A stretch of DNA of 62,552 nucleotides, the filler included, from Hausera hauseri (taxonomy: Eukaryota): NCBI GenBank assembly GCA_046269625.1. It is 13 parts of 13 records of this genome, joined end to end, with 100 filler letters (N's around TTAATTAATTAA, not from the genome) between each part and the next. Parts side by side here need not be neighbours in the genome. Positions count along the whole stretch, not along the records: positions 1 to 4,735 come from JBJURY010456356.1; positions 4,836 to 10,397 come from JBJURY010230739.1; positions 10,498 to 14,915 come from JBJURY010591889.1; 10 more parts are not named here. One strand, given 5' to 3'. A model generated the notes under the pieces. The model was not told the origin of the DNA. It did no database searches and saw only the letters and a program-made list of their open reading frames with translations. Both the position numbers and the translations under genes were made by a program. Shown here piece by piece: positions 1-11,068 of the stretch; within the stretch, counting starts at the first letter, position 1, and each line of letters starts with the position of its first letter.

Positions 1-1376
1 GATTGCACCCGGTGCCATATGCTAATCATCAATATGGGGAATATCGGAAATCCGATATTATTGATTTTGCACACTTACACGTGTGATGTGCACCTGCACT
101 GTGCATCAATAGATGTGCACTAATGTGCACTACTGACTGGCACTCTACCCCGATCGATTCGATCGATACTTCATTGTGCAGCGATCGATATGTGAAATGT
201 GAAGAGTACAATGGGTGAACTATCGATTACCACATTGCAATATCGATTTTATCGATTACCATTCCGCAGGCTACTGAGACAGAACATATATTCTCCTCTA
301 CTAACATTAAACTCTGAAACACCAAATATAATCAAGACTCAAAATACCAAACCCAAACAAATATTGAATTGCTGGTATTGTTTCAATAAAATTATAAAAT
401 TGACTATGACATTTGATCAAGAACTAATCTCTGTGAATATCCATTATAAACTTTTACATATTAAATGTCTTATTTTATTCTTATTAAGCCCCTCTCATGA
501 GTATCCCACCATTACTGCCACTTATATATGGTTGTTATCCAAATAAGCGAATTAACCAAATAATAATATTTAACCCAAATTATAATTAGGTAATACTATC
601 AAAATAAGAAATTACGAATTTGATAACAAAAATCAATGTATCATTTGGATTATTGGACACATTAACACAATGACCAGATTGACGACCATACTTATTCAAC
701 CTTTTATGGATTATTTTGTGGATCGAATATTTTCCAATAATCGGAATTGAATGTTGAAAATAATTTTAAAAACAAATAAGTTGATTGCAAATACAAGAAT
801 AATCGAATTAAATAATTGAATTAATAAAATCATTTTTAAGATTACCGCAAGAATCACGTAACTGAGACATTAAAAATCATGACTCCCATAGTCATAGAAT
901 AAATTCCTTACATGACTCTGAATCATTCGAATTCAAAAATTTCCCTATTGGGTGACGAATTTAATTTCTGAATTTCTTATGTGATTTTGGGATTTCCTAA
1001 ATCAGACAAGCAGGCAATATTTAAACTGCCGCAATCCTTGAAAGAACAACAATTTTCCCCATTATACTTTACTGCGCAATTATTTTTAATACGCAATGAT
1101 TTCCTTATCTACAACGTTCTTCTCACAACATCTGTATACATCATAGTTAATATGTAACAAAAATAGCAATCATCCGCTTACAATTTTTCCGGATGAATGC
1201 ATCTGTTTTAGAAGATATCTAGTGTCGCAGGTGTCTAATTTGGAGGGAATAATTTGTCAATCAAAAAAATAGAAAAACTTTCCAATTTGTAAAAATAATA
1301 TTTATTTCAAATACAAAAAATCACAAATTGTCTGCCGTCATTTTTCAAAACACAATGCACACGATGCTCCTTTCCT

Positions 1377-1837
1377 TCATTCCTGCGTTGTTACTGAACA
1401 ATCACGATTGTCACAATTGCAAAGTCCTGGTTCACATGAGCATTTTTTCTGTCCTAAAGTTATTTTAGAACTGTTTCATTACTTCATTATCAACATACCA
1501 TGTTTCCCACATCCCGATGACTTACAACAATCGGTATTGCATTTTCCACCAGAACATTCACATCCATGACCTTGTCTACATCCGGTACAACATTGACGAC
1601 TGCAATCCTTACAACATCGACAATTGCAACAGCAATCTTTACAACATCGACATTGACAACAGCATCGACATTGACAACAGCATCGACATTGACAACAGCA
1701 TCGACATTGACAACAACAATCCTTACAACATCGGCATTTGCAACAGCAATCTTTACAACAAGCTTGTTCTAAAATTAGAATTTCATTTAGTCATGTGAGT
1801 TACGGAATAATCAAAAATAATTACTCTCTGTGTCCAT
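1377..1837 (-). CDS. Three-exon Cys-rich metallothionein-like protein, 119 aa, 47 Cys (exons 1837-1825, 1768-1499, 1453-1377)
   Basis: Manual splicing with GT-AG introns of 56 and 45 nt, both phase 1 and frame-compatible, gives MDTEKQACCKDCCCKCRCCKDCCCQCRCCCQCRCCCQCRCCCQCRCCKDCCCNCRCCKDCSRQCCTGCRQGHGCECSGGKCNTDCCKSSGCGKHGQKKCSCEPGLCNCDNRDCSVTTQE*. No aromatic residues, no signal peptide, TATATAA ~50 nt upstream of the ATG. Confidence 0.8.
1645..1715. repeat. 18-bp tandem repeat (catcgacattgacaacag), ~4 copies; encodes CRCCCQ repeats on the minus strand
   Basis: Directly visible; lies within exon 2 of the metallothionein-like gene. Confidence 0.9.
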
Positions 1838-1886
1838 TACTGGTTATTCTTAGCTCACAAACATATCATCGAACAATCATGGAACA

Positions 1887-1893
1887 TTATATA
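1887..1893 (-). promoter_or_regulatory. TATA box of metallothionein-like gene 1
   Basis: TATATAA on the minus strand; the same context (ccatacTATATAAtgttcc) is conserved in the paralog at 2493-2499 on the plus strand. Confidence 0.6.
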
Positions 1894-2537
1894 GTATGGT
1901 TATGTGAAACATGTGAATGGTATAATGTATGTGAAAGTTGCATTCAAATACCAAATTATGCAATGTGAAGCATGTGAAATTATAAAACTGCTCAATGTTC
2001 GTATTTTGAATAAAATGGAGTTTTGAATTTGTTTCAAAATGAACTTGGTTTATGGGCACATTAATGTTTTACGATATATTTAGTCACTTAAATTTCGTTC
2101 AATCAATGGAATGTAGCCAATTCGGTGCACCGTTGGGTAACTTAATCTCGATTTATAAAACTAACAAGATATTGACCAAATGATAATTTCATTTAAAATA
2201 TTGGAAATCAAATTATATGTTGTATCAATAATGTAAATTACATTAACATTTGAATTTTATGAAGTCTGTCACATTCACCCAGTGTTCATTGAATATCTGA
2301 CATCCTGTAATTATATTCAGCATCGATTAAAATCAATTTTCTTAAAAAATGAAAATTTGTTTTAAAATGATGAACGGAACAGTCAAAATACCAACATTCA
2401 GCAAATATTAATTTCACATGTCTCGCAGCAAAATTTGACATTAAAATGCGACTTTTATAAACATACCATTCACATGTTTCACATAACCATACTATATAAT
2501 GTTCCTTCATTGTTCGATGATATGTTTGTGAGTAAAT

Positions 2538-2919
2538 AGCAACACAGCGAGTAATTATATTTGATTATTCCCTAATCAACATGACCATATGCAATTCTAA
2601 TTTTAGAACAGTGTTGTTGTAATGACTGCAATTGCCAATGTCGATGTTGTAAGGATTGCGTTTGTCAATGTTGTGCGGGATGTAGACAAGGCCGTAGATG
2701 TGAATGTTCTGGTGGGAAATGCAAATGTTCGCAATCCGATGCCGATTGTTGTAAGTCATGGGGATGTGGGAAACATGGTAATTTGACAGTAAAATAATGT
2801 AAATAATGTAAATGTTGCTCATGTGAACCAGATGTTGCAATTGTGACAAGGGTAATTGTTCACTAAGAACACAATAGTGAAGAAAAATATCACCATGTGC
2901 ATTATGATGTGACAAATGA
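2538..2919 (+). pseudogene. Divergently oriented paralog of the metallothionein-like gene, probably pseudogenised
   Basis: Same 56-nt intron 1 (2551-2606). Exon 2 (2607-2777) reads QCCCNDCNCQCRCCKDCVCQCCAGCRQGRRCECSGGKCKCSQSDADCCKSWGCGKH followed by a GT donor. The homologous ATG is lost, the intron-2 acceptor is missing, and exon 3 has a 1-nt frameshift and extra stops. Confidence 0.7.
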
Positions 2920-4083
2920 CGTCAGTCATAATATTTACTAGTTCCAAGTAAAACAATTACTCAGTGAAATAGTTAGCTAAAAGATTTTCTAAGGTGCAAC
3001 AGTGATCAAAGTATCATTGTTCATGGTAATACTAAATATTATTTATTTGTCTAGCACATATTACTATTACCATTATTCACAGTATTCGAACTGAAGTTCC
3101 AAGGTACTGATTTCATCAATTATTGCTCTAATAGACGATTGTTGAATTAAAATTGACTTTCGAGTCCTAAGGATCAGAAACAGATAATAGGCTATATATT
3201 CGAATCAAGTAAAATCGGCGGCTTATTCTCGGATCAGTTACAGAAGAAATCTGTAGCTATTCTCGGTATACTGAACCGCTTTTAACCAGTCAGTCGTTAA
3301 AACATTGCATTACAAGATGGATGGACAGAATGAAAATCTTCGAGGAATGCATGGTGAAGGAAATAATACTGGTAAAGTTCGCTCTAAGTATTAAACTTAT
3401 TATTATTATGCACTTTTGCTAGTGTTACTAGTGTCATCTGTATAAATTCATTTACCAAAATTTTATTATACAGAACAAATAATGGTACCGTACGCGTCGA
3501 TTTAATCATTGGCCTGCACGTACCCAGAATTGTTATGCGTGATCCTAACGACTATCCAACTTTTCGTGCTAATCTTTTATGTTGCAAACTCTTACGCAGT
3601 TATCTCTCATATCACGATAACCAACGGGTAACAGTAACATCGTTACAGACTGCCCATCGAACTTATGGAATGTCGGATAAATGGTGATGCATGCAGTTAT
3701 TCGATAGAATATTCGTGAATACAATGATATCGGAAACAACCCATACCACTTTTGTTTACCACACCTCCCCCTCAACTACGCATATCTCAGCAGCTGTACC
3801 ACTAATCCATTTTCTCAAATAATGACGTAAGAGTACGCGAACGGCCAATTTAACATCCAATTTCACGAAATAATTTACCAAGTATTGCATTGATATAGAT
3901 ACTACCGTCCATAAGTTTAATCGCACCTTACAAAAATAAACGTATTTAAATGCCACAAATAAAATGAATTATACAAGTGCATGACAGGATGAATTAAGAA
4001 TATTGTTAAATAAGATATATAAAAAATATGTACCTAAACTTTTATTATAATCACCATAGACATAAAATTCTACTGTATTATAT

Positions 4084-4630
4084 TTAAATTGAATTTTCAT
4101 CAAAATGATCACCTTTGGCTTTAATAACCGCCTGACAAATACGTAGCATGCGATTACATAATTTGTTGAGGTATTGGTGATCAATGTTGTTCCAAATATT
4201 TTTGAGAAATATCCAAATATCATTTTTACCTCTTGGAGGGTTTTTTCGCACCTCCCTATCTAATTCATCCCACAGTTTCTCTATTGGATTACAGTCCGGA
4301 CTTTGTGGTGCCCAAATCATTAACTCTAAAAGTCCTTCCTCACATTTTGACCTTTAATATTCTTCAACTGCTTTAGCGGTGTGTTTAGGGTCGTTACCTT
4401 GTTGAAACACGAACCCTTCTCCGATTACTTCTGCTTCGCAATCCAAAACATACCCATCTAAAATTTTCACATAGACCTCTTTCACCTTTTTCTCATCAAT
4501 TTTAACAATTTTACCAACTTTGCCACCGCCAAAACTATCCCAAACCATTATATTGCCACCTGCATGTTTTATAGTTGGAGTCGTGCACTGCTCCAGCATC
4601 ATTTCCCCTGGACGACGACGAACAAATGAT
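4084..4630 (-). mobile_element. Tc1-family (DD34E) transposase remnant, C-terminal part
   Basis: Motifs KHAGGNIMVW, FVFQQGNDPKHTAK, WAPQSPDCNPIEKLW and AVIKAKG; interrupted by a stop codon. Confidence 0.92.
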
Positions 4631-4735
4631 CGGCGTTTATTATATAAGGATATAATTAATAACAGAAGTTCTAAATTTAAATCAGATACAATTTTAAATT
4701 TAAATTAAGATTGTAATTTGGAATAATTTAGAAAA

Positions 4736-4835
4736 NNNNNNNNNNNNNNNNNNNNNNNNNNNNNNNNNNNNNNNNNNNNTTAATTAATTAANNNNNNNNN
4801 NNNNNNNNNNNNNNNNNNNNNNNNNNNNNNNNNNN
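4736..4835. other. Artificial contig-joining linker (44 N + TTAATTAATTAA + 44 N), first of 12
   Basis: Identical 100-bp spacer with TAA stops in all six frames, also at 10398-10497, 14916-15015, 19680-19779, 24213-24312, 28624-28723, 32731-32830, 37666-37765, 41903-42002, 46982-47081, 51423-51522 and 56065-56164. Separate 10-N scaffold gaps at 12050-12059 and 24601-24610. Confidence 0.98.
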
Positions 4836-5034
4836 CATACATTGCCCATAAATTGGAAAAAATGTCATATTATAACCGCCTCACGATCATACCAACGGAT
4901 CCGGGTGAAAATTACAATCGAAAACGCATTGTTAAAAAGTCATCATTGTAAATGCATTCGTTTTTTGTAGAAAAATCGTGAATTTTATTTTGTACGACGA
5001 CGACGCTTAAAACCGATGGCACAAATTACCACGA

Positions 5035-5238
5035 GCATATTCGGACTCACCGAAACGAGTTGAGTCGGAAAAAATTTTGGACTGACCCAATTTCAGACAC
5101 CTGCATATTCGGACTCACCGCAACGAGTTGAGCCGGAAAAAATTTTGGACTGACCCAGTTTTGGACACCTGCATATTCGGACTTACCGCAACGAGTTGAG
5201 CCGGAAAAAATTTTGGACTGACCCAGTTCCGGACACCC
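5035..5238. repeat. Three tandem copies of a 68-bp unit (gcatattcggactcaccg...ggacacct)
   Basis: Unit starts at 5035, 5103 and 5171. Lies on the same contig as a Polinton PolB, so possibly a subterminal repeat (inference). Confidence 0.92.
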
Positions 5239-5933
5239 GCAAATTTTTTGGTAACCTAGTGTTTGGTCGGACTACACCTTTCCGGCTATAACAATCAGGT
5301 ATGTTGCCAAGTCAAGTCTGAATAGAACATTTATTTCCCTTTGTTTTGTACAACAACAATTAAATCGTTTTTAATGAATGTTAGGAGTACACAAACCACA
5401 TGGGTTAACCAATTCCGTAAGAGAATGAACGAGTCCATAGGAATTAATTACATTGAAATGTTGCTTAAATCAAATCTGATCCGCCGATTGCCACATGGGA
5501 ACGTAATCCAACACCATCTGGTCGCTTTGGACAAAATCATCCACAAACTGCATTTGACATGGACTGTTGGCCACACAGTGCATAGGTATCCACCAATTTC
5601 TGCCACGTGCGAAAAATCTGATCGAACATCATGTCCATATTACCAACAACTTGCTTCATATGTCGTAGATAAGGTTCCCGTGCCCTACAATTCTCCTCAG
5701 CACGCTGGAGTATCTCTTCGGGGGAACAGTATCGTGCATCATGTAAAGGTCGATCAACATTGTCAAGGTGAGTCCGGAGACCGTCGAAGGAGTGATACAG
5801 GCGAATGAGTTCTTATAAATGGGACATGTCGTAATGTCATGCTGTAACGAAGCACAGGTATTTATACTGAAATGTAGCAACAACAAAGACACGCGAAATA
5901 AATTATTGATTCACAAAAATAAACAGCAAAATA

Positions 5934-5934
<1 letters not shown>

Positions 5935-5973
<39 letters not shown>
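5935..5973. repeat. (TA)n(TG)n microsatellite
   Basis: Directly visible. Confidence 0.9.
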
Positions 5974-5985
5974 TTGCGTCTGTGT

Positions 5986-6256
5986 TTAAATACGGTCAAT
6001 CAACTTTTTCATTACAGTACAAAGCGAAACAGAAAATACAAATCCAATGAGGAAATTAATCCGTCCTTGTTGTTGCCGTTTTCGTCTTATTTCATCTTTG
6101 ATGCATATGAATAAAGATCTGACAATTAATTCAATATATTCCCGTCGGCAAATTATTCTGGTTTCTGCGAGCTCACAAAAACTCAACATCAAATACATGT
6201 CCAGTCAAAATGTCATCGGTCAATTTCTTAATCTCGCTTTCAATATACTGTTTCAT
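5986..6256 (-). pseudogene. Small Polinton-associated orphan ORF, frameshifted
   Basis: MKQYIESEIKKLTDDIL...EYIELIVRSLFICIKDEIRRKR aligns by eye with LEGEIKRLTEEIC...IYLEFVVRSILMTNIKEEFRKDRE at 52914-53147 in the other Polinton contig. Confidence 0.5.
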
Positions 6257-7091
6257 ATGATTTTAGTTGTTTTTGTTGTAGCGTTTAGAATAATTGTTTA
6301 TAAGGGAGTAAAGCGACCTTTTAATAAGTTATGGTATTTCAATTTTTAGTATTTGTAACTTAATATAAAACATTTTAATTTGTTTTTTATTCAGCAGAAG
6401 TGCAATCAATATCCCATATATTGCGTTGCGCGCATACATGTGGAGCAGGAGCAGTGCCATCAACAGATGGCTAAATATTACTCCGTTGGCACGGACTTAT
6501 TTGTGCCAAACGTGCGCTAGTATTTCGGCTCTTTGTCCATACCCCAACTTTTATGCGATGCACAAACATCATCTTGGCCCGTTTACGCGTGCAAAGATGA
6601 TGGTTGTGCATTGCCCCACATACTCGCGATACTGTAGTAATAGAGTGCATGACGTTGATGGTTGCCATAGTTTAATGGAGCAGTACTATGTCGCCACAAC
6701 GGTCACGGTAAACGGGCCTACGTTTGTCCTGGTTGTTCTATAGTTGATGAAATCAACTATGAACAATTTTATAACCAGCACAAGGACCACTTGAACCAGT
6801 TTCAGCGATCCAAAAAGGAAATAGTGATGGCGATAAGAAAAAGCAGTATCCCCGCAAGAAACAAGAAACATCAGGCCTTAACAAGTCTTGACGAATACAT
6901 CCGAAACAGTATTAAGTAGCTGCAGCAACAGTAGGAACCTTCCATTACTGTCAAGTACGATTTAAACAAATTGTACGTGGACATGAAAGTAAACATGTCG
7001 GGGACAACAACACTACATCTGAGGCATGTTCCGTCCAGTGTACGCAACCGGTTGGAATTGAAAGTAGAGAAATTCCAACACCAACACTGCA

Positions 7092-10000
7092 GTGCAATAT
7101 GACGCACATGCAGAGTTTGAAAATGTTGAATGTGACAGAAAACAATGGTACCTATCACATCGAGCTGTACCATATTCGGAAGATTTTATGGTCGATGTAG
7201 ACGAAAAGCTGGATGAAAAAATCGCCAACTACACCGAAAAGGGTAGTGGCTGGCGAATTATAAAAATTGCCACTCTCGGCTTTATCATAACAAACTCGAG
7301 TGATATGATATCTTTGTTTGGGCTATCATTCATACCGACACCTGCAGCTCTAAAGCAGTTTCTGTCGGTAGTGAATGTAGAAAATACCGACGACGAATAC
7401 TGTTTTATTTACAGTATTCTGGCTATATTAAAATATGACGAAGTGGTTAGAAATCATGCAAATCGTCTAAAACAGTATCGGCAGTGTTTTTCCGAATTGG
7501 AATTCGATGAAAGCTGGATACTGATGAAACTGAAATCCATCCCGACATTTGAACTGCGTAATCCGACGCTGTCAATCAACGTTTTTCGGTAGAACACAAT
7601 CGTAGAAGTACCAGCAGACGAAGAGATACAAAAAACCACACGTGGATATAATTTATCACAATCGGAACCCGAATGGACACTCGGTAAATTTGTTGCTGTT
7701 GGAGCAAGCAGATAAAGTTCACTACGTGGCAGTAACCATTTTGGACAGATTGCTGAACATAGATCATTACGTATTCATCAAAAAGCGTATAAGTTGTAAA
7801 TGGTGCCCTACATGTCTGCATTGTTTCAGGTCAAAAACGACACGGGAAAAACATGGCACAGTGCAGACAAAATTCATCGGGGAGAACAATATACGTCATG
7901 CTAGTCAAAAAGAGCTGAGATTCAGTGACTGGTCGAAAACAGTCCGGCATATGTGGTATATGCCGATATCGAGGCAATCCTACCGCGGCACAACGTATAC
8001 GACCAATAGCATATTCCAATCGCCGTCGGTATGTTGGTTGTTCCAATAAAAGCCGCCGGACAACAGAAATATTACGTTTTTCATATCTGGAACTGTATAC
8101 GCGATTTCCTGCAACAGTTGGAAACGATAGTGGAAACGGAAATCGCACCGTGGTACATTAACAATAGCACTAAGCCCTTGATATGGACAGACGAACATGA
8201 ACCGCTGCTTTTCGCTGCCACCGATGAATGTTACCTCTGCCACAAAATATTGCCTTTTGATGCACAGGAACGGTTCGTATCTGATTATGATCATTTCACC
8301 GGTCGATACCTGGGAGCAGCATGCAACGCATGCAATTTAACAAGGCGTGTGCGGCCATTTCTACCGGTGATCTTTTATAATTTCCGAGGTTATGATTGTC
8401 ACCATATACTGAAATGGGCCATCAACGGATTTTCGCATTGGGAACTGTCCATGATCCCAACAACAATGGAGAAGTACCTGTCCCCTCAGCACGCATAAAC
8501 CGGTTTTAGGTACGCTTCCTTGATTCACTGCAATTTCTCAATGAATCCTTGGCGAAGCTGGTAAATGCCCTGCCGGATGTGTCGATAACATCAACGCAGT
8601 TCTCCACACATTGAACGCAGCAAAGATGTTTCCATATGACTCTGCAACATCATATGAGCGACTCCGGACAGCAGAGGAATTACCGCCACGATGAACAGGC
8701 ATCACAGACGATGTATATTGGAGAGCACAAGAATCTTGGACAGAACTGGGCTGTAGAAACATTTTGGATTACATGTTCCAGTATCTCAAACTGGCCGTGT
8801 ATTTATTAGCCGATGTATTCCAGGTGTTTCGAGCGAAAGCGTTGGCTGAATATATGCTAGAGCCACTCAACGTATACTCAATACCCGGAATAAGGTGGGC
8901 ATCAGCTCTGAAGTCATTGGATCGGGATATCGAATTATTGCAAGACACAGAAATGTATCGAATGTTTGATGTTGGTATTCGTGGCGGCATGATATTTGTC
9001 AAAAAGCATCACGTAACCAGTGATGATACCACATCACTGTTGTATATCGACATTAATAACCTGTACGGCTGGGCGCTTTCACAACTCTTGCCGTACGATT
9101 CATTCGAATGGGTAGTCGACAAACAGGATCTGGACACAATACTGGAAAATCTGTCGAGAGCAGACACGACAACAGCAGAAAACAGCTTAATCGGATACCT
9201 GATGGAAGTCGATCTCGTGGTACCAGATGTCCTGCATGACGTTTTGGACGATTTACCGGTCGCACCAATTAGCCAATGTTCGCCGAGCTCGAAGGTGAAG
9301 AAGCTGCTTATGACACGAACCCAAGCAAAATTACGTAGTTCACTGGCGTCTGTTGCAATTTTACATGCAATTGGGTGTACGCGTCACACGGCAACATCGC
9401 ACAATCCGATTTGCTCAGGCTCCAATATTCAAGGCGTACATAGATGGAAATTCGGAGCAACGAGCCGCAGTTTGTACAAAGTTCGAAAGGACTACTACAA
9501 GCTGAAAAACAATTCCCCGTACGGAAAAACAGTGGAGAATCTAAAAAAGCGGCTTAATGTACGCCTATGCAATAGCCAAAAGCGGCTGGTTACGTATACC
9601 AGCAAATCGCAGTTTCGACGGTCAATGCACATTGCCGATGGATTGGTTGCGGTGCTGTTAAACCGGGACGAAGTCGTTCTGGATCGGTCAAATTACATCG
9701 GACAAATGGTATTGGACTTTAGCAAGTTGCGGATGTATGAGCTACAGTATCGCGATTTGGCACGTTACCGGCAAATGTCTGACGGCTGTGACATTAGTAT
9801 AATTGCCGGTGACAAACAGCTTTTTTTCCTGCGGCTGAAATGGTCAATCGCGAACAGCTACTGCAGCAAATGCAGTCGGATGGATTACTGGGCACGTCCA
9901 ACTATCCACCGGATTATCCGTTATACAGCAGCGCGATCACCAACAAAATCGGCTGTTTCAAGGATGAAAGTGAAGGCAGGGTTCAGTATCGGGAATGGAT

Positions 10001-10295
10001 ATTCCTACGCCCAAAGTTCTACAGTCTTTTGACGGAGTGTGGACCGAAAATGCGGGCAAAAGAAGTCCAGCTGAGACAGACGGGAATCGTCCACGATGAA
10101 TATCGCCGTATATGTGAAGAAGCAGCAGCAGGAGGACAATCAGTGGCTGTTGTGTCTCAAACGATCATCCGATCTATTGAGCACCAGCTATATACAATAA
10201 GTGGTGCGAAAGTCGCTTTGTCATGTAACGATGATAAGCGAAAGTGGGTTGGACGAAATAAAAGTTAGGCGTATGGACATTGGAGGTTGAAATAA
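7092..10295 (+). pseudogene. polB: Polinton/Maverick protein-primed family B DNA polymerase remnant (copy 1)
   Basis: GSGW and CFIYSILA N-terminal motifs; endonuclease-VII-like DYDHFTGRYLGAACNACN; exonuclease VIFYNFRGYD and RFLDSLQFL; YLLADVFQVFR; GIRGG; YIDINNLYGWALSQ; YKLKNNSPYGKTVEN; LRPKFYS; DDKRKW...AYGH. Many frameshifts; the 5' start probably lies further upstream (~6700-6900). Confidence 0.95.
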
Positions 10296-10559
10296 AATAC
10301 GTTTGGTGGTGTCAGATCAGATACAGGCAATTCAATCTGGTCTGGATATTGTGACAATTATTGACAATGATTATCTTTTGTACATTGTTTTATTTCANNN
10401 NNNNNNNNNNNNNNNNNNNNNNNNNNNNNNNNNNNNNNNNNTTAATTAATTAANNNNNNNNNNNNNNNNNNNNNNNNNNNNNNNNNNNNNNNNNNNNCAC
10501 AATAGTCCTTTATATGGGGTTGTAGAATAAGTTATTTTAATTGGAATTTTTGTCAATTT

Positions 10560-11064
10560 AATCCTGGTTTCGTCACCGTTTTAGCCATTTCGCTGCGCTT
10601 TGACCACGATCGTTTTCGCAAAATATTGTCGCATGTGAACCATTTCTCATCTCCAGTCACCATCCGTTTCAGAAACGGCTCTATTTCTTTCAGTTTGGCC
10701 AAAGCTTGCTAGATGGAAATTCTGTCCATCATGTTTTTCCGCGTCAATTTATGCGGCACCCAAACATCAAACTTTTTTTGAATTCAACTATATTCAAATG
10801 ATTTAAAACTTTTTATGGTCGATATTCAGCACCTGGTCGATGCTGCGACTGGTAATATGCTGGTCTACTTTGATCATTTCCATGATTTTATCGACATTTT
10901 CGACGACAGGCTTACTTGTGCGAGATATATCTTTAATATCAAATTTACCGGAACGGAATCGACGAAACCAAAATTGCGCGTGATTTGCTGTGACAGTATC
11001 AAGACCGTAAACATCATTCACAGTTTCAGCCATTTGGCTGGTATTTTTGCCTTTATAGAGGCAA
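10560..11064 (-). mobile_element. mariner transposase remnant, N-terminal half
   Basis: VNDVYG..TVTANHAQFWFRRFRSGKFDIKD, DVWVPHKLT and PFLKRMVTGDEKW. The 5' end is interrupted by the Sola element. Confidence 0.92.
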
Positions 11065-11068
11065 AATT

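Noticed and set aside
1517-1798. Plus-strand ORFs with IDIDNS or TLTTAS repeats (mucin-like)
   Set aside because: Antisense shadows of the Cys-rich exon; splice sites, ATG and TATA all support the minus strand.
3317-3690. Possible small spliced plus-strand gene (ATG 3317, donor 3372, acceptor 3473)
   Set aside because: The phase-compatible product stops after ~29 aa and has no recognisable homology.
4780-4791. Regularly recurring TTAATTAATTAA as a biological repeat or CRISPR-like element
   Set aside because: Always centred in exactly 44+44 N; it is an assembly linker.
5035-5238. 68-bp repeats as a CRISPR array
   Set aside because: Head-to-tail units with no unique spacers, no cas genes, and a eukaryotic context.
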